A stretch of 63,087 nucleotides of DNA, taken from NCBI GenBank assembly GCA_002633005.1, contig NMRA01000679.1:17620-80706 (forward strand), in the 5' to 3' direction. Under the pieces are notes generated by a model, which ran no database searches, was not told the DNA's origin, and saw only the letters and a list, made by a program, of their open reading frames with translations. The stretch's first letter is position 1; each line of letters opens with the position of its first letter. A program made the position numbers and the translations under genes. Of this stretch, positions 14,053 through 25,871 are shown piece by piece. The DNA is from Phoronis australis. Taxonomy: Eukaryota; Animalia; Phoronida.

Positions 14053-14477
14053 CTAACGTTATAGAAGAAAACAAGAAAAACAGTCTCGGGGATACATTAG
14101 TGTCGGGGGTAATCCCGCAACAAATCTAAATATACCACAGGTAGGTCAAGTCCTGGGTCTTTGTTACAACAGGGTCTATGGACTTAGTCGAGCCAAGAAA
14201 CTTGTTTCTGATGACAATGAAAGAGAAGCTGATGTTCCGTTATGTGAAATGAGCATTGCGTGCTCATGTCGTGAACACATCCACTACCCCAAGAAACTGT
14301 AGGAACACCACATTTATCCACCTTCACTCTTATCAGGCTTCTATTGTGAGTCACCATGCGTGAATAATTGGCTGATAAGCCACCTATGGAACTACTTTTG
14401 GCTGAATGGATGACCAGGCCATAAAATGATACTTAACCAAGACCAGTTAAATAACGCTGCAGGGAATAGTTTTAACT

Positions 14478-14531
14478 ATGCCCACTCTTTCGAAATTGCC
14501 ACCTTCATGGCAATTTTGAAAGAGTGGGCAT
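14478..14531. repeat. 24-bp-stem hairpin
   Basis: ATGCCCACTCTTTCGAAATTGCCA-ccttca-TGGCAATTTTGAAAGAGTGGGCAT, with a single G-T pair. Confidence 0.9.
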
Positions 14532-14744
14532 CTTCTGCTAGTTTTTCGCCGAAAGTGTTTTAAAAAACTTGGTTTACCGACCTCTGATTTTCTGGATTAT
14601 GCAAACATTCAAATTCAAATTTGCAACGTTTTCATTTCCGCCATCATTATGCTATGGAAACAAGAAAAAATTGGCAACAATCCATACAAGCAACAAAGCA
14701 TATGTCGTAGCATCACCTAGACTTGGTAGAAAGCTGTATACCGG

Positions 14745-15210
14745 GAGCTTACAAAAATTTATTTCACAGGGAGAGGACGCTTATTGTAGCCTAAGACAGT
14801 TCAGAAACCCGGTTTCCAAAACGGGTAAGTAAAATCGGAAGCTAGGATTTATCAAATTTACGCTCTGTGACGTAATTGTAGCCTATGACAGTCTTTCTAC
14901 AAAATTGTGGTGTATTGCTATCAAACTCCGTTGTTAAATTACGATCATTTTTCAAAAAATTGGGCTGAAATCCCAAGGCGAAAACTTGCCAACTGTTACG
15001 TCGCTGAACCGCGATTGTCAACAGGAAAACTTGAATTCTTGAATGAAAATACAGTTTCGACACAACAAATTACCTGAAATCCTCCTTATGTTTTACAATT
15101 TTTTAAGTTCATGTGGAGTCCAGATTAATTGCGATTAAGTCCAAACCTGCACTACATAGTACCCCACAACACGAGAAAAATCTCTGGATGAACACACATG
15201 CTGTTGCCAG
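14745..15210 (+). mobile_element. Fragment of the TA-flanked TIR (HIRAN-carrying) family, left part
   Basis: Colinear with 30240-30680 and 56140-56630. Confidence 0.75.
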
Positions 15211-16379
15211 GTGAGTAGTATAGTAAGAGGTTTAGGAGTCTTATTTTGAGGGTCTCGGTCACAGGTCATCCATTTGAAAAGAAAGGGTCAAAGGTCACGT
15301 GGAATAACTGCGATCCGAAGGGACACCATCTGCCTACCAGACGGATGTGTCAATGACGTTACACCTCATGACGTAATAGGATTAATTGGACCCCTTAGAG
15401 AGGCACCTCGATGCACGTTTTGCGGCTCCTAGCAACGGATCGAGAATCGAAATAAAAGAGGGATGCTGAATAAGAACAAAACTTATTTCGTGCGCGCCAA
15501 GTGTCGTCATTGTATATTGTTTGTTCCGTCTCATGTGTCCAAAACAAAGGCGTATACAAAAGGGGATAACCACCCAACTCAACAACAGATGTCGTGTAAA
15601 TTCTAACCCAGGCCCCTACGGTACTAAGCGAATCGTACTCATAATACTAATAATAAGAAGCAACTAGCTAACACAGAACATAAAACTGATAGCGTTTAAA
15701 CGTGTATTAATGACAAACCAACACTACAAAAATCATCATTCAAGATGTCCAAAAAAGTAACCTATAGCAACTTATCAAATGTCCGAATTAAATGTTCAAA
15801 GGTCCAGTGGTGACGCCGTCGTCGAACACTTGTCGTTTGGGATAAAAGTAGGTGAACGCGCACCTCTCTTGCAGGTAGGTATACATAGTGTTGGAAATAG
15901 TCTGACCAACTAAGAGAGAAAAGAAACTTTTCGTGTTTAACCGAGTATTACTAACGGCATACAAAATTGAATAAAGACGGATGAATGCAAAGGATGACAT
16001 GAAGTTTTCGTTCACAAATATAAACAAAGCAACGTCTGAGCTTTGAAAAATCTTACATAATCATCGCGTAAAGTCTGGGCTGACACAAACCCTAGGGTTC
16101 ATTAAGTACATTTTGAACCCGTTTGCGAATTTTGAACTTCAATAGTGTGCTGGATACTTTAATAAATTTCACCAAACATGTCTTTCTTGTTACTAGGTTC
16201 ATTACGTGCGTTTCGAACCAAACAACTGTGCACACATATGTTGCAAATAAATGATCATCTATATATTATCAATGTGTTGAATACTTACACAAATTTCACC
16301 TAACACGCCTTTCTTGATATTCCTTACGTGTATTTCGAACTAAAGAACTGGGCACACACGCGTCGCAAATAAGTGATGT

Positions 16380-19300
16380 GCCACAGTAGATGAAGTTCTT
16401 GGAAAATTGTCATCAAAGCTGTCCGCTTCACACTAACAACATATCTGCCAATTTTCACAATCATCCTAAGAGTGGTTTGGTTGACAGAGGGGCAGATGCC
16501 AAAAACAGACTAGAAAACAGTAAATATGGCCACTAGATGGTGCAAAATATCATGAATCCATCCGAAAACAGGAACATGTCATCATTTTAATAGAAAGCTG
16601 CTTATCAAATTTCATAACAAGAGCAACGTGGAGCACTGAAATGCGCCCACGAATGTACTGCAAAGAGTGTGGTTCTGGAATAGTTTTTGTATCATAAACA
16701 TGGCCACAAGATAGTGCAAAACGTCCAATCCATCTGAAAACAGAACATGTCATTGCTTCTTAAATAAGAAGCTATTTGCCAAATTTTATAAAAATCTGTT
16801 AAGGAACTTCAGAGAAACAAAGAAAAATAGAAAAAAATTAAATGGCCACTACAGGGCAAAGGGTCTGCCTCAAAGTGGTCGTCATATAAATACACTTACA
16901 AGATTTAATATAGATTGTGCAGTGGGTTTAGGGGATACAGCTATGGTCGCAAAACAAAACAAAACCATCAGTAGCAGGCGCCACAGTAATCAAAGTTGTC
17001 ACCAGTAGGCACCACAGTAGTCAAAGTCATCGGAAAATAACCGTCAGCCATCCTCTTCATAGTAAGAACATACATGCCAATTTCCACAATCATCCTCAGA
17101 GCTTTTTGATTGATACAGGGGTGGACGCCAAAAAACAGACTTGAAAACAGTAAAACTCGCCACTAGGTAGTGCAAAATTACCTCGAATCCATCCGAAAAC
17201 GAGAGGATAGCATTATCTCACCAATAGATGCCTATATTCCAAATTTTCCTGTTACCCCAATTCATTAGTCATTCTTTGCAGTATTTCACACCCGCCATGT
17301 CTCACTGTGTGTGTCGTCAGCTTATATACTCTGTGGTGGCATTACTGCGTCATTTTATCTTCACTTGAGAATGAAACAAGTATGTTTCGAAATATCGTGT
17401 GTCTTTTAATTATGTCGCTAGGTCAGTTACTGTATCTATGTTCAGTTGAGAGTAGAGTTTTGTTCCGAAAGTATGAACGCAACGGAATAAAGACTGTGAA
17501 CAATGAAAAGTGTCGTGCATTTAACAAATTCTGTCAACATTATATAAACACATTTGCTAAATTTAGTAATGATCCTGCAAAGGGTGAGGAGATATAGCCA
17601 TTTACACAAATAAAACAAAACTGCCACTAGGAGGCGTAACATTAGTCAAAGTCATTGGAAAATCATCGCCAGCCATCCTCTTTATAGTAAAAACAAACAT
17701 GCTAATTTTCACATCATCCTTAGAGCGGTTTCTTTGGTAAAGGGGCGGACCCAAAAAAACAGACTTGAAAACAGTATAAATGGCCACTAGGTGGCGCAAA
17801 CTACGTCGAATCCATCCAAAAACAAGAGGACAGTTTCATCTCACTAATAGATGCCTATATTCCAAATTTTATGATAAGACGTTGAGCACTGTCAAAGATA
17901 AAGAGATAAGCGTAAAAAACTAAAATTCCCACTAGGGAGCACACCGGTAGTCGAAATAGTCTGAAAAGCATCGTCAACCGTGCTGGGATTTTTATTTAAA
18001 CCTCAACCATTGCTGCCACATGATCGCATAGTAATAGCTTACCTATGACCAAGAGCTGTTATGCTTGCGTAGTCACCACTGCCCTCCACACGCCCCTTAG
18101 CAACCAAGTGAGAGCACTCATGGTGAGACTCCCTCTTGACCATCTGATTATACTGTTGACTGCCTTGTGAACAAGTAGCTTGCCTAAACCACCTGTAAGT
18201 GAGAGTTGTGCATAAGCTACAGACATCTGAATTGGCAACATTACTTAGTATGTTAGTCCGATAGTATTATTGATATTTATTATTTCTTTGCTAGCCAATT
18301 GTTTGTGTTTATAGAAACTTGTTTTGGCTGTCAGTTGAGTCAGCGACCAACCCATCCGGTGCATTCACACATGTTTTGATGATCTCTGTAGTAAACAATA
18401 TTGCATAATGGTCATTCACAGAATCATAGCCTAAAGACAGCTGACCATTACCATATATGGCAAACACAACAGAATAGTTCAGATGATTGTTGTGAAGGTT
18501 CTTATAGTTGCTTCCTGTTTTTTCCTGTAGAATATTGAATCATAAAGTTTAGTGCATGCAACCCACATATTTGAAACTTGTATATATATCCGTTCACTTG
18601 TCTAATAAAGACAGTCCTCATCTTGCTACTGCCAGTTGCTTTACTGGTGTAATTGAGTGTTCCACACTTAGTTACTGAATACAACCATCTCACTGATGGA
18701 CCGAGACAGTCCACAACACAACACAACGCTGCTACTAAGTCGAGTTATTCTACTATTCTACTACAGATACAGTAACCGCAACAACACATGCCTACATTCC
18801 AAATTTTATGAAACTTCGTCGAGGACCTTTGAATATACAGAGGTAAACATAAAAAACTAAAATTGGTCACTAGGGATGACTCTGGTGGTCAGAGCTGTGC
18901 AAAAGTCGTCGTCGTCCATTGTCAAAACCATATAAATACATTTCTAAATTTAGTAAATATCCTGTAAACTGTTTAGGAGATACAGACATGAGCGCAAAAA
19001 ACACAAAACTGCCACTAGGATGCGCCATAGTAGTCGAAGCCATCGGAAAATCATTGTCAGCCATCCTCTTCATGGTTAGTACATGTCAATTTTCACAATC
19101 ATCTTTAGAGCAGTTTGGTTTATAGAGGGGTGGATGGCAAAAAACAGGCTCGAAAACAGTAAAAATGGCCACTAGGTGGTGTAAACTACGTCGAATCAAT
19201 CCGAAAACAAGAGGATAGTTTCATCTTACTAATAGATGCCTATATTGCAAATTTTATGATAAGACGTTGAGTACTGTCAAAGATAAAGAGGTAAGCATAA

Positions 19301-20028
19301 AAAACTAAAATTCCCACTAGGTAGCACATCGGTAGTTGGACAGGTTCAAAATTCATCGTCATCTGTCGTCAGTTTCACAGGAACACATCTGCCAAATCTC
19401 AACACGATCCTGTGAGGAGTTTAGGAGATACAGCTGCTGATGCCGGACAGACACAGATGACAGCAATATGTGACCACATATGAATATGTGGGCGCGTAAT
19501 AATCCTTTCAGCGACTTGGTAGACAGAGAGGGTAATGTCAAAAACTCGCGGCACAGAATACGTTCAATACATCCAATAATGAGAAGGTGTCAGCATCTCC
19601 TTAGTAAACACCTAGTTACAAAAATACATGATAATTAACAGGCCACTGTATGTCGAATCAATCTGTAAACAACATCTCTTTATTAGAAACCTATTTATTG
19701 ACTTTCATAAAAATCCATCAAGGTATTTCAACGACACAGAAGACAACTGAGGGAAAAAACTAAAATTGCCTCAGCGAGATACAGTGGTAGCTGGATATGT
19801 AAAGATGTCCTCGTCCTCCATTGTCAACTTCACTACACTAGTCAACATTATCAAGACCCTGCAATGCACACAGGAGATACAGCCACAGACGCAAAAAATA
19901 AAACTACCAATAGCCCGAGTCATACAAAAATCTTTGTCAGACTTCTTCACACTGGAAACATACACATCCATTTGATGATTGAGGGGCGGATGCCAAAATC
20001 ATTCTGGAAACACAGTAAAAATGTCAAC
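16380..20028 (-). mobile_element. Degenerate HINE copies interrupted by unrelated inserts (~17250-17535, ~17985-18785)
   Basis: Family 3' end at 16617, 5' end at ~19497, recurrent GCCACTAGG motifs. Confidence 0.75.
18043..18192 (-). CDS. Candidate 150-nt symmetric exon (WFRQATCSQGSQQYNQMVKRESHHECSHLVAKGRVEGSGDYASITALGH), gene unknown
   Basis: Acceptor ctctcacttacag|GTG, donor TAG|gtaagc, length divisible by 3, one fully open frame. Confidence 0.35.
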
Positions 20029-20666
20029 TACCGTATTCACCCTAATAAGCTCCCAGGGCGCTTAGAAAAATTTGCTTCAGGAAGGGGGGCGCTTATTATA
20101 GCCCAAGTGGTTGAAACCTGGTCTTCGAAACAGGTAAAATCGTAAGCTAAAATTCATCAAATTTACACTCTGTGATGCATCTGTAACATATGACGGAGTT
20201 TCTACAAAATTGCAGTGCATTGCTATCAATCTTTGTTGTTAAATTACGAGCATTTTTCAGAAAATCCCACAACCAAAAAATTGCCGACTGATGCATCGCT
20301 GCCTCACGATTGCGAATAGGTCAACTTGAATTCGTGAGTAAAAATATAGTCCTCCTGAAGTGTTCAAAATAGCGTCCCTAAGATTTTTAAATTCCTGTAG
20401 AGCCGGGATTAACAGCATATTAAGTCCAAATCTGCACTAGATTGCATTCCGGAACACGAGAAAAATCTCTGGGCGAACACACGTTGTTGTCACATGTTTG
20501 TTTTGAAGTTCGTCTGGTTATTGTGTGAAAGAACGAGCGCATGCATGTCATCCGATGGGAGTTTATTTGCCAGAGTAAATGCGAAGAATTGATCTAGGTA
20601 TTCGTAACTAAGGAAATTAACACAACCAGTAAAGCAGAACGTGCTAAAAACAATCGAAGTCTCGGT
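20029..20666 (+). mobile_element. Left half of a TA-flanked TIR element (HIRAN-carrying family)
   Basis: Starts TACCGTATTCACCCTAATAAGCTCCCAGGGCGCTTAG. Confidence 0.8.
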
Positions 20667-21604
20667 GGGAATAATGATGGTAATTATGGGCGACACTTTC
20701 ATTATTATGCCCAAGATAGATCAAAGGCTTAACAAAGTAAGGTAACAAAGGGTAGAATGACCTATGCTTGATTAAAATTATTTTGTAAATTTATTAACAG
20801 ATTTTTTTACACTAGATGAAATAAGAGAATTATAAGAACTACCCCTCCCTTTATCTCAAGACTATACTGTTATTTGGTCTGAAAGGTTCTTTTGAGCTGT
20901 AAGGGTGAATCACATGAATTTGCAACATGGTATAACTAATAACATTATTGAAATCATGTTCTAAAACAGTTGAAGATGTGGTTTCATTGTAATACACATA
21001 AAAGATTGAGAGAAATCTTAAAACAAGGAGCAATAAGTTAAGAGTTTTCCATGGTTAGGAGTGATCAGCTGTATTTGTGAATTAATTTTCAGACAGATTT
21101 CACAAAAAATAATACAATTTTGAGAGATGTTGTTGCACATAAATGCGATCATCCAACAAAAAATGTGAGTTATGCATTGTTTTTAATGCAACCGACCTCA
21201 ATAGACGTCAATGTTCTGCAAGAATGTAATTAGAGTTACAATAAACAAAAAAGTAGAAATTCTGGCAGCCCAAAAACGACCAAGAAGAGTAGCACCTCAC
21301 ATGCACAGAAAAATGTAAGTACGGTAAGAATAACACTTACAGATTATGTTAGGATTCTCAAAAATCATGTCGTGTTTTGGTCATGATAGACCGACCCGAA
21401 AAACCTCGCCTCATTTTCAGATCAGTGGAAATTCTTGAGAAAACCACAAACATTTGTTTGGCTCACTCAGGGTAACATGAGATTTCACCTGAAGGCCTTA
21501 AGTTTCATTGCCAGACCAGGCGTAATTACCATGTTTGTTGTCCCTACTGCCGCAATGGGCAACACACTATTGAACTTGCTGATCAAAGAGTGTCAAGTTT
21601 ATAG
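20667..21604 (+). pseudogene. Decayed multi-exon gene fragment with ~40-110 nt introns and a Cys/His-rich last exon
   Basis: Phase-compatible GT-AG exons at about 20667-20736, 20801-20898, 20970-21053, 21093-21164, 21205-21314 and 21421-21604. Several in-frame stops. The last exon includes FHCQTRRNYHVCCPYC. Confidence 0.5.
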
Positions 21605-21829
21605 TCCCTGTAATCCCTGAGATTCTATAACGAACATTTCACATTATGCATCCAAATTTTACAAACCTTGGAACATCATATCTCACAAATGACTGATCTG
21701 AGATTCCATGCTGTATGCAACATTCCCCTTAGTAAGCGCTTTTAAAATGCACTACATGCATAAAGCGGTATCAAAGATATGTTGTTTATAAAAAATCAAA
21801 AGTGATGATTTAGAAAACTGTAACAACTT

Positions 21830-23520
21830 TTAGGGGTCTGCAAAACTATTGTTTGAGGAACCATTCCGCATATGAAACCATTCTGCAACTGTCACATTGA
21901 GTAATTAATTATTGTTACAATTGAAATTTTAATCCTAATCTTTTATGCTGGTTGCACATTAAGACTAGAATATTTCATGGTTTCCACTAATATTTAACTA
22001 AACGCAGCCAAATGACATAGACGAGATGTCAAGTTTTTCTGAGTCTGCTTGAGGAACTGTTCTGCATCACAAACTATTGAGCAAGTCTTCCATTATTGTT
22101 CATGTTGATACACTGATACTTTCATTTGTTCCTGACAATGAAAAGTATTTCAAGTTTGTTGCACCTGAATAAAACTTCAGTGCTTCTTTGGATCACGCAC
22201 TAGACCCCTTAAAGGACTACTTGTCTTAAGTAATTTCCAACACACTATTTTAAAATACAAACCAGTTGACTAATCTAATTCACTAACCTGCATTAGAAAA
22301 AGAGATGAACTTTACCTTCTTCTCAATGAGTATTATGTTAAATGTCTAAATATGGCACAAGCGACCCTCTGAACAAATACTCACCAAAACCATCCTATTT
22401 GAGGATCGTTCTGCATGCGGAACCATTTCACATGTGGAACTGTTCTGCAACTGTTACATCGATTAATTAATTAATTAATGTTAGTGATGAAATTCTGATA
22501 CTTGTGTTTTGTGCTTCTTGAGGGCTCGGCAAAACTATTGCTGGCAGAACCGATCCGCAACTGTCAGATTGATTAATTAATTATTGTTAAGTTTTACACA
22601 TTGATACGTTCAATTGTTATCAACAATGAAATGTATTTCAAATTTATTGCGCGTGAAGAAAAGTTAAAGATTTGAAGGCTCTGCAAAACTACCCTGTTTG
22701 CAGACCCGTTCTGCATGCAGATTTATTCCTCAAATGTCACATTGATTTTTAATAATTATTATTTTTGAAATTTAAGAGCACCTAAGAAGTGCATTCATAT
22801 TTTTGTATGTTAATGAGAATAGAATGTATTTCACATGTGGATCATGCGAAACTGTCACATCAATCAACTAACTATTATTAGGATTGTCACATTAGTCCCA
22901 TTTAGATATCAACTTTTGGCCTGGCGCAACTGACACGGAGCAAATTGACCCTTGTCAAGCAGCGGTTTACACACACAACTCACTAATTGTGGCAAGACAG
23001 AACTTGCAGGCTGGAGAGACTGGATCGCACATGCGCAGGTTTACAAAGGACGAGAGTAGCAGAGAGAAAGAACCCGTACATAGGTCATTAGGCAAGTGCA
23101 GTAGAGATGATCCTCTCCGCCTTGCCCCAGCTTCACATTTAGACAAGAAATTGATATGGAGCAAGATGTTCGGGCGCAAATTACTCTACCTCACTAATAG
23201 GTGGCAATTTGCTCTGTGTCAGTCCCGTTGACACACTGGAACAACTTGTTCCGTGTCAGCTGATCCATGTCAACTTTTGAAGTGTAAACGGCGCTATTGA
23301 TACTTTCAAGTGTTATTGAGAATGGAATGCATTTTAACTGCGCATGATGAAAATTAAAAAAATCTGAGTGCTCCACAAAACTATTCCATTTGCAGAACTG
23401 TTCCGCTTGTGGCACCGTTTCACAAATGATACACTAATCATTTAACTATTGTTAGAGTGGACACATTACTATTTTCAAGTATTGAGAATAGAATGTATTT
23501 CGTGTTTATTGGACCAGGAA
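21830..23520. repeat. Degenerate tandem array (unit ~130-200 bp)
   Basis: Recurrent GAACC(A/G)TTC(C/T)GCA...ACTGTCACATTGATTAATTAATTATTGTTA at ~21860, 22050, 22420, 22550, 22700, 22850 and 23395. Confidence 0.75.
22895..23293. mobile_element. Small MITE, possibly PIF/Harbinger-like
   Basis: Imperfect TIRs GTCCCATTTAGATATCAA / TTGAAGTGTAAACGGCG, internal IR ACTGACACGGAGCAAATTG / CAATTTGCTCTGTGTCAGT, TTA/CTA flanks. It interrupts one tandem unit. Confidence 0.5.
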
Positions 23521-23619
23521 AAAATGGCCATTAGATGGCACAGAATACATTGAACCAAATCAATCAGTGGAGTTTGTCTCCCAATATAAATATCCACCAA
23601 GATTAGTTTCATCCAAAGT

Positions 23620-24400
23620 GACTAAAACTCTGGCATGTCGAAGCAGTAAAGCTGCTATGTCTATCTCTAAAATTAGAAACTCAAGCACGAAAATACCACT
23701 GAGGGTATCTCTTGAACTGTTTGATAAAATTGCGGTGCTAACTATGTGCTAAGGTGCGGAAATCTGATGATTGAAACAATATGAATGGCTTGAAAAAGTA
23801 TGTGTTAAATTCTGTAAAATTGCTCTTGGAGTTGGAAACTCTAGCTCAAATGCAGCTCTATGCAAAGTACTATGTCACATGTGTAAAATGTTGTCTAAAG
23901 TTTTTGAACATGCCACCCCACTACACTAAAGCACTTATGACATGTTAGCTGATTTAGATCGGAATGGGAGAAATACTTGGGTATCTTCTGTAAGACAATT
24001 GCTATCAAGATAAGGTTTTTATGAAATTTGGTTGAATCAAGGTGTCACATGCGGAGTCTCGTTTTTTTAAGTATCTTCGCGCAGAGTTAATGACTGCTAT
24101 GAGCAAGGTTGGAAATCAGAAATTGAGCATAATGCAAAACTTAAAATACTACTGTAACTTTAAGACTCTGCACTGTTTCAAACCATATTTTAAGTTTCCG
24201 TTACACAATTGTCTTATTCAAGTGTTTACTCGGTTACGTTGCTCCAACAGTTGCAATGCTCCAACCATAGTGGAAGTGGGTAGACACGAGAAAGTGGAAT
24301 ATTATAATACGACTTCCGGTTAATTTGCAAGAGATATTGTGAACTTATGTCACATGTTGAGAAAGAAGTTCAATGGCAGCACTCAACTCAAGAATCCTTT
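23620..24400 (+). pseudogene. Non-LTR retrotransposon (RTE-X-like) C-terminal remnant
   Basis: SLELFDKI, KFCKIALGV..SSNAA, LKYYCNFK, FTRLRCS...VEVGRH, broken by stops and frameshifts. Confidence 0.65.
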
Positions 24401-24511
24401 ATATGCCTGCTAGCTAATCCAGAAGAAGAGAACAGCTCTTAAATGGATTGACTGCCTGTACAAACTTGCTTGTTACTTGGCGAAATTTAAAGTTATTGAT
24501 GCTCTGTCACT

Positions 24512-25640
24512 AAGTTTTTTTTGTTTGTTTGCACAACACAGGTCGCAGTTTTCGGCCAATCATCACGAAATTTGCACATAAAACGTAGTTTCGTAAGTAC
24601 TAGAAGCCTATTGTTTTTCGTTATAACTGGATCCAAGATGGCGGATGCGGCGTCCATTTTATTTTCATTTTAAGATTCAAATGCTCCTGGAGGCTAGAAT
24701 TTTTTACCTACAGGGCTGAAAATCGGCAAAATTATTAGAACGGACAAGTGCTACGACTGTACCTGAAATTGTTTACTTCCAGTTAAAGATGGCGGAAATA
24801 TCGGCAACTATGCATGCGCACTTTCATTTTGGGCTAAAAACGTTTTCTCCTGTAGAGGGCACAAAGGACGAATTCCTTCAAAAATTTTCAGGTATTAGTT
24901 TTCTATGATCTGCTATTATTCAGAGCTAAAAAACCGGAAGTTGCATTCAAGATGGCAGATCTGGCGCATGTTGGCCCATTTTCAGTCTTGCTGGAGTGTC
25001 ATTTTAAACATAAAGAAAATGGCGTGAATTTTTCTGCATGTGGATTCTCTGAGGTATACCCTTTCAAATGACCTGTAACAATTTTTTCTCAGACTTACCG
25101 TTTTTGAGTTATTTGACTTTGTATTTCAAAAAACCCCAAAATTTCATTTTTTCTAAAAATTTGCGGCATTGTGCCATACTATCATCTTAGATAGAGTTGT
25201 AAAAGGGCTTTCAGAAAATGTTTTCCATTTTTCACTAGGACGTCTACTTTTCGAATTATTCCAGATTTTATGATAGCGCTGTTCCTGTGTTGAGTGCTCT
25301 TACTGCTTTCTTTCTGATTTATGACATCTAAGTTCGTCCTAGTAATGTTATGATGTTCAGCATCACCACCATCATCATCATATTCGTCATCTTTGTCATC
25401 ATCTTCATCATCATCTCCGTCATCGTCTTTTCAATTAATTTCGCCAAGTGTCGCTCAAGATTGTAGCCTATTTCTTACCGATTTCTGACCTCTACATTCA
25501 TCATAGAAATGTTATCATTACTTGTATTGTTCACCATCGCCACCATCATCGTCATATCCGTCATCTTCATCATCATCTGTATCGTCGTCTTTTCTGTTAA
25601 TTTTGCCAAGTTTCGCTCCTCAGAGAGCTTTCATTTAATT
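24512..25640 (+). mobile_element. Second interspersed family, probably HINE-like, copy 1
   Basis: (GTTT)n start, ACGAAATTTGCAC, repeated AAGATGGC, (CAT/CGT)n tract. Colinear with 39187-40400. Confidence 0.65.
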
Positions 25641-25871
25641 TTTGTTTATTGTACTTTGGGCCATAGGAATACATTGAGCCCATCCAAAAATGGAAAGTGT
25701 CGTTTTCTCTCAAAGCTATTTCCATGATAGCAAGTGGCAGCATACATTAATAAAAACAACAATGGATTTAAACCAGCTTGACATGTTTTGGCATTTATTG
25801 AAACACCATCATCAGAAGAAAAAACAGTGGCCACCTTGCTAGGCCCAAAAACAAGTAATGATACACAGACA

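Noticed and set aside
25509-25727. Hydrophobic 72-aa ORF resembling a membrane peptide
   Set aside because: It derives from a (CAT/CGT)n low-complexity tract inside a repeat.
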